Assembly (NCBI GenBank): GCA_900540985.1
Contig: UQIC01000007.1
Span: forward strand, 1,773-65,772
Direction: 5' to 3'
DNA: 64,000 nucleotides
Source of the DNA: an uncultured Collinsella sp.
GTDB lineage: Bacteria > Actinomycetota > Coriobacteriia > Coriobacteriales > Coriobacteriaceae
Position numbers and translations under genes: made by a program. Below, one piece after another: positions 31,937-44,677 of the stretch. The first letter of the stretch is position 1. Each line of letters begins with the position of its first letter. A model generated the notes under the pieces. The model did not search any database. It saw only the letters and a list, made by a program, of their open reading frames with translations, and had not been told where the DNA came from.

Positions 31937-33301
31937 ATGGCGATCACGCCCGCAGAAATCGCGGAAACCCGCGGCATGGTTGAGGAACAGAACCTCGACA
32001 TCAGGACCATCACCATGGGTGTTTCGCTCATGGGTTGCGGCGACGAGAACCTCGACCGCATGTGCACGAAAATCTACGACCACGTGACGCACACGGCTGA
32101 GCACCTGGTCGAGACCGCCGAGAACCTCGAGCGCGAGTACGGTATCCCCATCGTCAACAAGCGCGTTTCCGTCACCCCGGTGGCGCAGATCGCCGCGTGC
32201 TGCAAGGATGAGGACCTCACCCCCATCGCGCATGCCCTCGACCGCGCGGCCGAGACGCTCGGCATCGATTACCTGGGTGGCTTCTCCGCGCTCGTTCAGA
32301 AGGGCATCGGCGATGCCGACCGCCGCGTCATCCAGTCCATCCCCCAGGCGCTCGCCACCACCAGCCGCGTCTGCTCCAGCGTCAACGTCGCCAGCCTGCG
32401 TGCCGGTATCAACATGGACGCCGTGCTTATGGCCGCCCAGACCATCATCGATGCCGCCAAACTCACGGCCGACCAGGATTCCGTCGGCGCTTCCAAGTTT
32501 GTCTGCTTTGCCAACATGGTCGAGGACTCCCCGTTTATGGCGGGCGCCGTCCACGGCGGTGGCGAGGCCGACGCCGTCATCAACGTAGGCGTCTCGGGCC
32601 CCGGCGTTATGGCCGCAGCCTTGGAGACACTGCCCGATTCCGCATCGATGATGGAAGTCGCCGAGAAGATCAAGCAGACCGCCTTTAAGATCACCCGTGC
32701 CGGCGAGCTCATGAGCCGCGAGGCCGCCCATCGCCTGGGCGTCGAGAAGGGCATTGTCGACCTGTCGCTGGCACCTACGCCTGCCATCGGCGACTCCGTC
32801 GCGCGCATCCTCGAGATCATCGGCGTGGGCACCTGCGGTGGCCCCGGCACGACCTGCGCGCTCGCCATGCTCAACGATGCCGTCAAGAAGGGCGGCGTCA
32901 TGGCCAGCTCCAGCGTGGGCGGCCTCTCTGGCGCTTTCATCCCCGTGTCCGAGGACGCCGGCATGATCGCCGCCGTCGAGGCCGGCGCACTTTCACTCGA
33001 GAAGCTCGAGGCCATGACCTGCGTGTGCTCCGTTGGCCTGGACATGATCGCCATCCCCGGCGTCACCCCGGTCGAGACCATCGCCGGCATCATCGCCGAC
33101 GAGATGGCCATCGGCGTCATCAACAACAAGACCACGGCCGTCCGCGTGATTCCTGCCATCGGCAAGGGCGTGGGCGACTGCGTCGAGTACGGCGGCCTGT
33201 TCGGCCGTGCGCCCATCATGCCGGTGAACCCCAACGCCGGCACCGTGCTTGCCCACCGTGGTGGACGCTTCCCGGCACCGCTGAACTCGCTGAAGAACTA
33301 G
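31937..33301 (+). CDS. UPF0210 / DUF711 family protein
   Basis: N-terminus [34 protein letters not shown]. About 454 aa. RBS AGGAG. Confidence 0.8.
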   Translation: MAITPAEIAETRGMVEEQNLDIRTITMGVSLMGCGDENLDRMCTKIYDHVTHTAEHLVETAENLEREYGIPIVNKRVSVTPVAQIAACCKDEDLTPIAHALDRAAETLGIDYLGGFSALVQKGIGDADRRVIQSIPQALATTSRVCSSVNVASLRAGINMDAVLMAAQTIIDAAKLTADQDSVGASKFVCFANMVEDSPFMAGAVHGGGEADAVINVGVSGPGVMAAALETLPDSASMMEVAEKIKQTAFKITRAGELMSREAAHRLGVEKGIVDLSLAPTPAIGDSVARILEIIGVGTCGGPGTTCALAMLNDAVKKGGVMASSSVGGLSGAFIPVSEDAGMIAAVEAGALSLEKLEAMTCVCSVGLDMIAIPGVTPVETIAGIIADEMAIGVINNKTTAVRVIPAIGKGVGDCVEYGGLFGRAPIMPVNPNAGTVLAHRGGRFPAPLNSLKN

Positions 33302-33546
33302 CTGAGGGGGACTGGTGAGGAGCCCCGGGGAGGGCAAATATATAAGGTCGCCTGCTCGGACAGTCCTGACTCGCACGGAGAGCACATTAAGTGCTCTCCG
33401 GCTCGTGCGGAACTCGCGATCGACTTCATATGCCGCCGGGCGGCCGGGGCGAACGCGGGTCCCTAGGTTTTCAAAAAAGCGGTCGGCGCGCAGGTGCGCC
33501 GACCGCCGATATATGGGGTCTGATGTTTTTGACCGGAGAGGACTAC

Positions 33547-36285
33547 TTACTCGTCGAGGAGATCCTCTGGCATGTCGTTGCCGTCGCCTAGGTCGACTGG
33601 AGCCTCTTCGGTGTCGGCTGCGGCCTCGGCGCCCTCGCCTTCGGGTTTTTCCTTGGCTGCCGTCATACGGGCGACAGCGCAGATGCGGTCGTTGTCGTCG
33701 ACGGTCATCATCTTGACGCCCTGGGTGGCGCGGCCAGTCTGGCTGATCTCGTCGGTCTTGACGCGAATGACCGTCGCGCCCTCCGTCACGATGAACAGCT
33801 CGTGCTGCGGGCCCACCGTCTTCATGGCCGCGAGGTTACCCTTACGCTCGGTCATTTGAATGGTGTAGACGCCCTGACCGCCGCGATTCTGCTCCGGGTA
33901 GTCCGCGACCGGCGTGCGCTTGCCGTAGCCGCGCTCGGTGATGACGAACAGATCGCCGTTGCCGTTAGTGACTTCCATGCCCAGAACGCTCACGCCGTCC
34001 TTCAGACCGATACCGCGAACGCCGCTGGTATCGCGGCCGGTGGCGCGCACCTGCTCCTCGGAGAACATGATCGCCTTGCCCGCGGTGGTGGCCAGGATAA
34101 TCTTGTCGCCCTCGCGCACGCGGCGCACGTTCAGCAGCGCGTCGTCGTCACGCAGGTTGATAGCGATCAGGCCGTCGCGACGGCTGCGGTCATATGCGCT
34201 CATCACGGTCTTCTTGACCATGCCGCTCTTGGTGGCAAACATCAGGTACTCGTCGGCCGGGAACTCGCGGCAGCTGATGACGCTCGCGATCTTCTCGCCT
34301 TCCTCGAAGGGCAGCAGGTTGACGATCGCGGTACCGCGCGCCTGGCGCGTACCCACCGGCAGCTCGTGCACCTTCAGGCGATAGACCTTGCCCTTGCTCG
34401 AGAAGAACAGCACGTACTCGTGCGTGGACGCGATGAACATCTCGTCGATAACATCGTCCTCTTTGAGGTTGACGCCCGACACGCCCTTGCCACCGCGCTT
34501 CTGGGCACGGTAGGCAGCCACCGGGATACGCTTAACGTAGCCGGTGTGGGTGATGGTCACGACCATATCCTCGTCGGCGATGAGGTCCTCGACATCCAGG
34601 TCCTTCTCAACCTGGCTGATCTCGGTACGGCGCTTGTCGCCAAACTTCTTGGAGATCTCGCGCATCTCTTCCTTGATGACGCCCAGAATCTTCTCCTCGT
34701 GCGCCAGCAGGTCCTCGTAGTAGGCGATGGCGCGGCGCAGGCCGTCCAACTCTTCTTGGATCTTGTCGCGCTCTAGGCCGGTCAGGCGGCGCAGCTTCAT
34801 CTCGAGGATGGCCGTGGTCTGTTCGGGCGTAAAACCAAAGCGCTCGATCAGGCGACTGCTGGCCTCGGAGTCGGTCTGCGAGGAGCGGATGATGCTAATG
34901 ACCTCGTCGATATGGTCAAGGGCCATCAGGTAGCCCTCGAGGATATGGGCACGCGCCTGGGCCTTCTTAAGGTCGAAGCGGGTGCGGCGAGTGACGACGT
35001 CGACCTGGTGGTCGATGTAGTGCTGCAGCATCTCGCGCAGGCTCAGGCATTTGGGAACGCCGTTGACAAGCGCCAGGTTGTTGGCGCCGAAGGTCGTCTG
35101 CAGCGAGGTGTACTTATACAGGTTGTTGAGCACGACCTGCGGAATGACGCCCTTCTTGAGCTCGATGACCAGACGGATGCCCTTCTGGTTGGACTCATCG
35201 CGCATATCCGAGATGCCCTCGATGCGCTTGTCGTTGACGAGCTGGGCGATCTTCTCCTGCAGGGTGCCCTTGTTGACCATGTAGGGAATCTCGGTAAAGA
35301 CCAGACGGCTGCGGCCGGTCTTGGTGGACTCCACATGTGCCTTGGCACGCACGGTAATGGAGCCGCGGCCGGTCTCGTAGCTCTGCTTAATGCCGGCGCT
35401 ACCCATGATGATGGCGCCGGTGGGGAAGTCCGGACCGGGCATGATCTGCATGAGCTCGTCGACGGTGGCGTCGGGGTTGTCGATCAGGTAGCAGGTGGCC
35501 TCGATCGCCTCGGTGAGGTTATGCGGGGCGATGTTGGTGGCCATGCCGACGGCGATGCCCTGACTGCCGTTGACCAGCAGGTTGGGGAAGCGCGCAGGCA
35601 GCGCCACGGGCTCGGCGAGCGATTCGTCGTAGTTGGGCTGCCAGTCGACGGTATCCTTCTGCAAGTCACGCAACAGTTCCATGGCGGGCTTTGCCAGGCG
35701 GCTCTCGGTGTAACGCATGGCCGCCGCGCCGTCGCCGTCGATGTTGCCGAAGTTGCCGTGACCGTCGATGAGCGGCGTGCGCATGGAGAACCACTGCGCC
35801 AGGCGGACCATGGCCTCATAGACCGCGGAGTCGCCATGCGGGTGGTACTTACCGATAACTTCGCCGACCGTCCAGGCCGACTTCTTGTGCGGGCGGTTGG
35901 GGTAGATGCCGCTCTCGTTCATCGCGTACAGGATGCGGCGGTGCACCGGCTTTAAGCCGTCACGCACGTCCGGCAGGGCGCGCGCCGTGATAACCGACAT
36001 CGAATACTCGATGAACGACTGCTTCATCTCGCGACCGAACTCCGAAATCTGGAGCTGGCCGCCGTTGATATCCTCGCCGGCCGAGGCGCCACGGTCGACT
36101 TCGCCAAAGCTCTCCTCGAGCTCGGCGTCGTCGTCCTCTTCCTCATCATCGGCATCGGGGTTATAGGCGTCCGGATCGCCGTCCTCGCCCTGCTCAGCAC
36201 GGGCAAGCAGGCGCTTCAGATCGTCGGGCATACCGGCATCGCCGGCCTCGCCCATACCCTCGTTGTTGTTGATATCGTCTGCCAC
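33547..36285 (-). CDS. gyrA: DNA gyrase subunit A, with an acidic N-terminal extension of about 75 aa
   Basis: QRDR region [30 protein letters not shown]. Six GyrA-box beta-pinwheel blades and an acidic C-tail. GTG start with AGGAGG 4 nt upstream. Confidence 0.95.
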   Translation of the reverse strand: MADDINNNEGMGEAGDAGMPDDLKRLLARAEQGEDGDPDAYNPDADDEEEDDDAELEESFGEVDRGASAGEDINGGQLQISEFGREMKQSFIEYSMSVITARALPDVRDGLKPVHRRILYAMNESGIYPNRPHKKSAWTVGEVIGKYHPHGDSAVYEAMVRLAQWFSMRTPLIDGHGNFGNIDGDGAAAMRYTESRLAKPAMELLRDLQKDTVDWQPNYDESLAEPVALPARFPNLLVNGSQGIAVGMATNIAPHNLTEAIEATCYLIDNPDATVDELMQIMPGPDFPTGAIIMGSAGIKQSYETGRGSITVRAKAHVESTKTGRSRLVFTEIPYMVNKGTLQEKIAQLVNDKRIEGISDMRDESNQKGIRLVIELKKGVIPQVVLNNLYKYTSLQTTFGANNLALVNGVPKCLSLREMLQHYIDHQVDVVTRRTRFDLKKAQARAHILEGYLMALDHIDEVISIIRSSQTDSEASSRLIERFGFTPEQTTAILEMKLRRLTGLERDKIQEELDGLRRAIAYYEDLLAHEEKILGVIKEEMREISKKFGDKRRTEISQVEKDLDVEDLIADEDMVVTITHTGYVKRIPVAAYRAQKRGGKGVSGVNLKEDDVIDEMFIASTHEYVLFFSSKGKVYRLKVHELPVGTRQARGTAIVNLLPFEEGEKIASVISCREFPADEYLMFATKSGMVKKTVMSAYDRSRRDGLIAINLRDDDALLNVRRVREGDKIILATTAGKAIMFSEEQVRATGRDTSGVRGIGLKDGVSVLGMEVTNGNGDLFVITERGYGKRTPVADYPEQNRGGQGVYTIQMTERKGNLAAMKTVGPQHELFIVTEGATVIRVKTDEISQTGRATQGVKMMTVDDNDRICAVARMTAAKEKPEGEGAEAAADTEEAPVDLGDGNDMPEDLLDE

Positions 36286-36440
36286 GTTACCTCCTCATGG
36301 TTTGCGTGGTCCATTAGTTCCCAACCACGGAGACGGCTTTTCCAGGTGCCGCAGATTCGCCCGAAAGAGGAGGGAAGCGTACTTGGGTACGCGACCGACG
36401 ATTGAGGGCGAAGGTGCGGTGGCTGGGAAAGCCGCAGGGA

Positions 36441-38513
<2,073 letters not shown>

Positions 38514-38520
38514 TTATCGT

Positions 38521-38550
38521 AAAAAAATACCCTCGGGAACGAGGGTATTT
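38521..38550. terminator. Bidirectional hairpin terminator between the DUF721 gene and gyrB
   Basis: A7 TACCCTCG GGAA CGAGGGTA T3. Confidence 0.5.
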
Positions 38551-38576
38551 GGCTCTACAAGGCCACCAGATGCGAT

Positions 38577-39140
38577 TTAAGGCTCTTTTTTGCTTTGCAC
38601 GCCCTTGGCCCACTCGGCACTGGCTCTCATGGCGTTCTCGAGGGCCTCGCGCAGTTTTTGGTCCTCGATGGGTGCCACTTGGTGCTCGATCTCGGCACGC
38701 TCGGCATCGCTTAGGTCGGCATGCGGAGCCGGCGGACGCTCGGCCACGGCCGGACGCAGGCGCTCTTTTGCAGCGGGCGGTGTGTGGCCGGGGGCGGTCG
38801 TCTTGAACACCAGCCCATCGACGTGCGCGCCGGCGCGCTCCATGCGCGCGCGGATGATCTCGCGCAACAGCGTCATTTCCTGCGTCCACGAGGGCGAGTC
38901 GAGATACACCAGCAGCTCATTGGACTCGGGCAGGTAGCGCAGGCCCGTCACATGCCGCCCCTCGTGCGTGCCCGAGCACACCGCGTTCCACGCGCGATAG
39001 ACCGCGCGCGACTCCTCGGCAGCCTCCATCTGCGCGCGGCGCTCAGGTGTTGCAGCCGCCAGGATGCGCTGGCGCTCTGCGTTCAAAAATCCACTGAAGG
39101 CAACCGTCTCGCTCTCGCGCTCGTAATTAGCACGTCTCAC
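38577..39140 (-). CDS. DUF721-domain protein (DciA-like helicase-loading candidate)
   Basis: Conserved position between recF and gyrB. Central ...LLVYLDSPSWTQEMTLLREII... resembles a DUF721 core. Overlaps the recF stop. Confidence 0.6.
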   Translation of the reverse strand: MRRANYERESETVAFSGFLNAERQRILAAATPERRAQMEAAEESRAVYRAWNAVCSGTHEGRHVTGLRYLPESNELLVYLDSPSWTQEMTLLREIIRARMERAGAHVDGLVFKTTAPGHTPPAAKERLRPAVAERPPAPHADLSDAERAEIEHQVAPIEDQKLREALENAMRASAEWAKGVQSKKEP

Positions 39141-40233
39141 CCATGCTCACCACCTTGGCTCGATCAAGCAGGTCATCGGTAAAGTACCCCAGGTTGGTCG
39201 TGGTTATGACCGTCTGGATATCATCGCCGATCAGCCGCAGGAAAGCACCGCGACGCTCGCCGTCGAGCTCGCTCATCACGTCGTCCAAAAGCAGCAGCGG
39301 GGCGGTGCCCAGGACATCGCGAGCCACGGCCACCTCGGCCACCTTCCAGGACAGTACCAACGTTCGCTGCTGTCCTTGGCTGGCAAATGAACGGGCGGAG
39401 CGACCCGCAACGGTAAACTCAATCTCGTCGCGATGCGGTCCCACCAGCGTCACGCCGCGGCGAATTTCCTCGTCGGCGTGCCCATCAAGGGCAGCCAGCA
39501 TGCGCTCGTACGCCCAGCCCTTCAGCTCTTCGCGATCCTCGACCTGGGGCAAATCCCCCAGCGTGGACGCATAGGACACGTTGGCGGCTTCACCGGACGC
39601 CACTTGCCCGTAGGCAGTACGCACATGGCCCGCCAGCCGGTCGAGCAGGGCCAACCGGTGCACGAGCAGAGCCGCGCCCGCGCGGGCAATCGAATCGTTC
39701 CACGCGCCGAGCATCTCGCGGCAGCACCAGGCCTCCTTGAGCAAGGCGTTACGCTGGGTCACGCAGCGACCATAGGTGCTCGCAAGATCGGCATAGCGTG
39801 CGCTCAGTTGCATGCCAAAGTCGTCGAGGGCGGCGCGGCGCACACTGGCGCCTCGCTTAACCATGTCCAGATGGTCGGGGCAAAACAGCACGCTCGGCAG
39901 AACCCCGCGCACACCGGCGGCAGAGCATCTCTTGCCGTTGCGGCTAAACGAGCGTTTACCGTCCTCCGCGCTCAATCCCATATCAAGTACGCGGCCGTCG
40001 CCCTCGAGCCTCAGCTCGATCTTGCACGAGCCCACGCCATCATGGACGAGCTCGGCTGCGGTCGGATGCCTAAACGAGGCGCCGCTCGTCAGCAGCTGCA
40101 GCGCCTCTATGAGATTGGTCTTTCCCGCCGCGTTGGGTCCCGCAAGTATCGTCACGCCCTCGTCCAGGGCAAGACGATAGTTATCGAAGCTGCGGTAGTG
40201 CGCGACGGAAAGATCGCGGGCGAACATGGTCAT
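39127..40233 (-). CDS. recF: DNA replication and repair protein RecF
   Basis: Walker A GPNAAGKTN. SMC-like signature and Walker B LLLDDVMSELD. Confidence 0.9.
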   Translation of the reverse strand: MTMFARDLSVAHYRSFDNYRLALDEGVTILAGPNAAGKTNLIEALQLLTSGASFRHPTAAELVHDGVGSCKIELRLEGDGRVLDMGLSAEDGKRSFSRNGKRCSAAGVRGVLPSVLFCPDHLDMVKRGASVRRAALDDFGMQLSARYADLASTYGRCVTQRNALLKEAWCCREMLGAWNDSIARAGAALLVHRLALLDRLAGHVRTAYGQVASGEAANVSYASTLGDLPQVEDREELKGWAYERMLAALDGHADEEIRRGVTLVGPHRDEIEFTVAGRSARSFASQGQQRTLVLSWKVAEVAVARDVLGTAPLLLLDDVMSELDGERRGAFLRLIGDDIQTVITTTNLGYFTDDLLDRAKVVSMGETC

Positions 40234-40242
40234 GGCGCAACG

Positions 40243-41346
40243 CTAGATGCGGACCGGCATGACCAGGTACAGGTAGTTGATCTTGTCGTAGGACTTGAAG
40301 ATGCCCGCCTGCGAGTAGCTCTTGAGCTCCAGCGTGATCTCCTTCTCCTTGGACAGGGCATTGAGGCAGCCGAAGATGTAGTGGTAGTTGAAGGCGATGG
40401 TACCCGACTCGCCCTCGGCCTCGACATCGATCGTCTCCTGTGCAAGGTCCTGGTCATTGGAAATGGAGGACAGGCCCATCTGCCCGTTCTCGACATCGAT
40501 CTCGAACTTGACGGCGGGGTTGGCGCTCGCGATAACGGCCACGCGCTTGAGGGCGGCGTTAAAGGCGGCGACGTCGATCTTGACGCTCGTCACGCACGAA
40601 TCGGGGATGAGCTGCTTGTAGTTGGGGTACACGCCCTCGATGCGGCGCGACACGTAGGTGGTATTGCCGGCCTCGAAGACGACCTGGGTGTCGGTAGCCC
40701 CGATCATGATGGTCGCCTGGCTGGCCATGATGTTCAGCGCGTCGTTAAAGGCGTCAGCCGGAACGTTGAGCTCAAAGGAACCCTCGAGGGTCGAGGTCTC
40801 GACCTGCGTATCGCATACGGCCAAGCGGAAGGAATCGGTCGCCACCAGGCGCACGGTGTTGTTCTCGACCTTCATGTGCACGCCGCCCAGGATGGGGCGG
40901 GCCTTGTCGGTCGAGGTGACGCGCCATACGCGCCCGACCATCTCGGACAAGATATCGGTCGGCAGCTCCACGGCACTCTCGATGGCATAGGCCGGAAACT
41001 CGGGGAAGTCATTGGCATCGAGCGTGTTCAGGCGGAACGAGCTCTTCTCGCAACCAATCAGCACCTGGCGCTCGGACAGCTCAAAGGTGACCGGGGCATC
41101 GGGGAGGGTCTTGGTGATATTGGAGAGCATCTTACAGGGGATAACCATCTCGCCCTCTTCTTCGACATGCGCCGCGATGCGATGACGGATCGAGATGGTG
41201 TAGTTAGAGGTCTGGAATTCCAAGATGCCGTCTTGCGCCTTAACGAGCACGCCCGACAGGATGGGGAGGGTGGATGCCGAAGTGACACCCTTCATAACGA
41301 CGCCGATGGCTTGTGTAAGCGAGCTCTGGCTGACGGTGAACTTCAT
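40243..41346 (-). CDS. dnaN: DNA polymerase III beta sliding clamp
   Basis: 367 aa with a three-domain beta-clamp pattern. Located immediately downstream of dnaA. Confidence 0.95.
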   Translation of the reverse strand: MKFTVSQSSLTQAIGVVMKGVTSASTLPILSGVLVKAQDGILEFQTSNYTISIRHRIAAHVEEEGEMVIPCKMLSNITKTLPDAPVTFELSERQVLIGCEKSSFRLNTLDANDFPEFPAYAIESAVELPTDILSEMVGRVWRVTSTDKARPILGGVHMKVENNTVRLVATDSFRLAVCDTQVETSTLEGSFELNVPADAFNDALNIMASQATIMIGATDTQVVFEAGNTTYVSRRIEGVYPNYKQLIPDSCVTSVKIDVAAFNAALKRVAVIASANPAVKFEIDVENGQMGLSSISNDQDLAQETIDVEAEGESGTIAFNYHYIFGCLNALSKEKEITLELKSYSQAGIFKSYDKINYLYLVMPVRI

Positions 41347-41584
41347 CTTTTAATACCTTTCTATAGATATAAATATCTTAATAATAGTAATAGCACTGAC
41401 GAAACTGTTGATTACTCCCAAAGACGCAGGTCAGACCCAGAAAGAGAATCGACAGCAACCTGTGTGCAACAGGGGTGGTTTTCCACGTTCAAAACCTGCG
41501 CAAAACTTTTCATCACCGCGGGTTGGGTTTTAGACACCTTATGCCCGTGGTTTCGACAAGTTTTCAACAGGTGTCTCTATTTCC
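41347..41584. promoter_or_regulatory. oriC segment (dnaA-dnaN spacer): AT-rich DUE plus DnaA-box-like 9-mers
   Basis: 41347-41400 is about 20% GC (TTTAATACCTTTCTATAGATATAAATATCTTAATAATAGTAATAG). Box-like sites are TTTTCCACG at 41479, TTTCGACAA at 41551 and TTTTCAACA at 41561. Confidence 0.5.
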
Positions 41585-43309
41585 CTACGAGCGCAGTGTA
41601 ATTTTATCGCGCAGCGACTTAAGGTCTTCGGTGACGGTGCGGTCTTCCTGGATCATCTTCTGGACTTTTTTGTAACTCGTGCTGACGGTCGAGTGGTTGC
41701 GGTTGCCAAATTCGGCGCCCACCGCCGTGGTCGTCATCTCGCACATCTCGATGGCCAGGTAGATAGCGATATGGCGTGCTTTGGCGATATTGGCGTTGCG
41801 ACGCGGGCCGATGAGCTCCTCGTGCGTCACGCCGTACTGCTCTTCGATGACGGACTGAACCGTTTGCACGTTGATCTTTTTGGCCGATGTGTCGAAGTAC
41901 TGGCTGGCGATGGCGTCGATATCGTCAAAGGTGAGCTCCCCGCCCTCGCGTTCGCGGTCGCCCGCCTCGCCGGCGCAGCGCTCGCAGAAGCTCTCGAGTT
42001 CGCGGATGTTGGTGCCCGACACCTCTGCCATGTGCTTAAAGTGCTCATCGGTCAGGTGCCCGCCGTCGCCCCCGTAGGCCGCCAGCAGTGAGTCGTCGCC
42101 TGCCTCGGGAGCGGCGACGATGGTGTTCTCGTAATAGCGCTGCAAGATCTTGTATTTCATCTCGTAGCTGGGCTCTGCGACCAGGCAGAGCATGCCGGCG
42201 TTGAAGCGGCTGGTCAGACGCTCGTCCATGCTCAGGTCCTTGGGGGCGCGGTCTGCCGCGATGACGACCTTCTTGTTGTTGCGGATGAACTCGTCCATGA
42301 GCTGGAAAAAGTAGTCCACGCTCGCGCGCTTGCCGATGATGTTTTGGATGTCATCGATGATGAGCACGTCCACGCCGTGGTACGCCTGCATGATGGGGGC
42401 GTTGCTCTTCTTTTGACGGTCGAACTCGGTCATCAGGTCGTCCAGATATGCCTGGGAGTTGGCATACTTGACCTTGATCTCGGGCGACTTCTCGGCGAGC
42501 TCGTTTTTGATGGCAAGCAGCAGGTGCGTCTTGCCCAGGCCCGATTTGCCGTAGATGAAAAGTGATGTGCATGTGCCGCGCTCGTCCGCGAGGGCGGCAA
42601 ACTTGAGTGCCGAGCGATAGGCATGGCTGTTCTCGGGGCCGTAGACAAAGTTCTCAAAGGTAAATTTTGAGTTCGCGGCGAGCGGGGCTCCATCCGTATT
42701 CTGCTCGGCCGGCACGGTCGGTGCTGGCATGGGTGAAGCGGGGGTCGCAGCTTGCGTGGATTTAGTCGGCGCTCCGCCCTTCATCTGGTTCATCATGCGG
42801 CGAAAATCGTCGGCTGAGAGCGTGTTCTTGATTGCAATGCCCGAATCCGCGCCCGCCGCTGCGTCGTGAGCGATGGGCATGTGCGTGACGGGTGCGTTCG
42901 TTGACGTCGCTACCGCGGTCGGCAACGGCGCCATGGTTTCACGGGAAACATCGCTGTGCTGGTGCTCGATTGTCGGCACGTCGCTTGCGGAGGCTGGTAC
43001 CGTCGGGGAAGCAGCGGGAGCCGTGGCGGGCGCCGTCGCGGCAGCGGATTCCGTCGCGGCGCCTTGCGGCGCCACGATGTCGAGCGCAATCGGTGCAAAG
43101 GCGATTTCTTCCAGATAAGCCTCAATAGTCGGCTGATGCTTTTTGAGCTGCGCGATGGCAAAGCGCGAGGGGGCCTCGATCGTGAGCGTATCTTCGGTCA
43201 GGCTTATGGCCCGCGATTGCCCCAGCATGTTGATGAGGCGTGCATCTTGGCCGTCGCGCTGGCAAAAGGCGATGGCATCCCCCAGGATGATGCTTGCTTC
43301 CTCGTCCAC
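41585..43309 (-). CDS. dnaA: Chromosomal replication initiator DnaA
   Basis: AAA+ Walker A GKSGLGKTHLL, sensor motifs and a C-terminal domain IV HTH ...HSTVSTSYKKV.... A long Ala/Pro/Thr-rich linker sits after domain I. Confidence 0.95.
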   Translation of the reverse strand: MDEEASIILGDAIAFCQRDGQDARLINMLGQSRAISLTEDTLTIEAPSRFAIAQLKKHQPTIEAYLEEIAFAPIALDIVAPQGAATESAAATAPATAPAASPTVPASASDVPTIEHQHSDVSRETMAPLPTAVATSTNAPVTHMPIAHDAAAGADSGIAIKNTLSADDFRRMMNQMKGGAPTKSTQAATPASPMPAPTVPAEQNTDGAPLAANSKFTFENFVYGPENSHAYRSALKFAALADERGTCTSLFIYGKSGLGKTHLLLAIKNELAEKSPEIKVKYANSQAYLDDLMTEFDRQKKSNAPIMQAYHGVDVLIIDDIQNIIGKRASVDYFFQLMDEFIRNNKKVVIAADRAPKDLSMDERLTSRFNAGMLCLVAEPSYEMKYKILQRYYENTIVAAPEAGDDSLLAAYGGDGGHLTDEHFKHMAEVSGTNIRELESFCERCAGEAGDREREGGELTFDDIDAIASQYFDTSAKKINVQTVQSVIEEQYGVTHEELIGPRRNANIAKARHIAIYLAIEMCEMTTTAVGAEFGNRNHSTVSTSYKKVQKMIQEDRTVTEDLKSLRDKITLRS

Positions 43310-43324
43310 TGTCTCTCCCGTTCT

Positions 43325-44677
43325 TTAGCTCTGAGCTCGCACGCGAGCGGCGCCGAGTTCGGTCAGATGGTATTTCTGGCCATGCTTGATGACCAAGCCG
43401 GCCTGCGCCAAGTCATTGAGCGTGCGTGACCAAGTGGGGGCCGAGTTTCCAAACGCCCTCGCCAGATCGGTTGCACCGCACGCTTGATTTTGCGCTAGAT
43501 AGCCCAGCGCGGCGTTGCCGCGATCGCTTACGAACACGTCCGGTTGTGGCTGCGCATACTGATTTGCTGCATTAGGATACATCATTTGAGCTGCTGGTTG
43601 TTGAGAACTCTGCATCGGCGGCATTTGCTGTTGAAAACTTTGAGGCCACTGTTGGTAAGGCTGCGGAGGCATCTGCTGGGCCCAAGGGTTGTACTGCTGC
43701 TGCGGCATCTGCTGGTACGGCTGCTGATATCCCTGCTGGTACTGCTGCGGGAACTGCTGGCCATACCCCAGTGGCGGCATCTGCTGATATGGATATCCCT
43801 GTTGGTACGGCTGATAGCCCATTTGCTGGCCACCCGGTGCGCCCGTCGCCTGCTGCATTGCTGCTGCATCCTGATCCGCCAGCGGCACGGCCTCTGGCAT
43901 GTTTGGCGGCATCGACATCGATGTCGCCTGGGGCTCTTGTGTGGGAAGCATTCCGGGCTGCTGCATCTGCCTCACGGGGGGCTGCATCTGCTGCGTTGCC
44001 ATGGGCTGCTGCGCAAAAGCTCCCGGCAGGGGATATGTGGGCTGCTCCGTCTCGGGCCGCACGGCAGCATCGCGTCCGCCGGCACGCTCGATTTCCTGCA
44101 CTCGTTTAGGGTTCAGGCTTACCGTAACCACGGTGCCGTTGCCCATGTTGTCCTCGATGGATACGGCACCGCCGGCGTTTTCCAAATACTCCTGCACCAT
44201 GGGAAACCCTGCTCCGGTTCCACGGATATAGCGCTTCATCTTGCTGTTTGCGCTGGTAACGCCAAAGTCGAAAGCGCGTTCCTTGTCGTCGATGCCGGGT
44301 CCTTGATCAGCAAAGCGGATGGTGTCTCCGCCGTCCAGAATCGAGATGATGGGCTCGGCAAAGTGCGCGTGGATAAAGTTTTCGACAATCTCGCGGATGA
44401 CCATGAGCGAGATGTGGCCACCTTGTTCTTTCATGCACTGGTAGACGGTGTTGGTCGTCTCTTCCAAATACGTGCGGACATCTTGCGGATCAATGACGAT
44501 CACACGCGGTGTCGACAGCATGTCGTCATAGACGGCGATACGCGCGGCGTACATGGCTTTTGGCGCCTGCGTGGTCGTCTGCTCGCCTTCCGCACGCTCT
44601 TCGCGCACGCCGGTGATGTGCTCGTTGTCGGGTGCCGGGTCTCCAGAATCGACCATGGTGTAAAAGTCATCAGACAT
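43325..44677 (-). CDS. GHKL (HATPase_c-like) ATPase domain + Q/Y/P-rich low-complexity region + C-terminal winged-helix HTH protein
   Basis: N-box REIVENFIHAH. G1 box DQGPGID. G2 box GTGAGF. About 170 aa enriched in Q, P, Y and M. C-terminal MarR-like segment LGYLAQNQACGATDLARAFGNSAPTWSRTLNDLAQAGLVIKHGQKYHLTELG. Ends 16 nt before the dnaA start. Confidence 0.7.
   Translation of the reverse strand: MSDDFYTMVDSGDPAPDNEHITGVREERAEGEQTTTQAPKAMYAARIAVYDDMLSTPRVIVIDPQDVRTYLEETTNTVYQCMKEQGGHISLMVIREIVENFIHAHFAEPIISILDGGDTIRFADQGPGIDDKERAFDFGVTSANSKMKRYIRGTGAGFPMVQEYLENAGGAVSIEDNMGNGTVVTVSLNPKRVQEIERAGGRDAAVRPETEQPTYPLPGAFAQQPMATQQMQPPVRQMQQPGMLPTQEPQATSMSMPPNMPEAVPLADQDAAAMQQATGAPGGQQMGYQPYQQGYPYQQMPPLGYGQQFPQQYQQGYQQPYQQMPQQQYNPWAQQMPPQPYQQWPQSFQQQMPPMQSSQQPAAQMMYPNAANQYAQPQPDVFVSDRGNAALGYLAQNQACGATDLARAFGNSAPTWSRTLNDLAQAGLVIKHGQKYHLTELGAARVRAQS

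Noticed and set aside
29147-32731. 1194-aa minus-strand ORF
   Set aside because: Antisense to metH and UPF0210. It is a Gly/Asp/Ala/Val-rich GC artefact. The sense genes have clear domain motifs.
39433-41601. 722-aa plus-strand ORF
   Set aside because: Antisense to recF and dnaN.
43900-44450. The Q/Y/P-rich region as a frameshift or assembly artefact joining two genes
   Set aside because: A single uninterrupted frame carries the ATPase N-terminal and HTH C-terminal parts. The low-complexity DNA is imperfectly repetitive and not homopolymeric. Still worth read-level confirmation.
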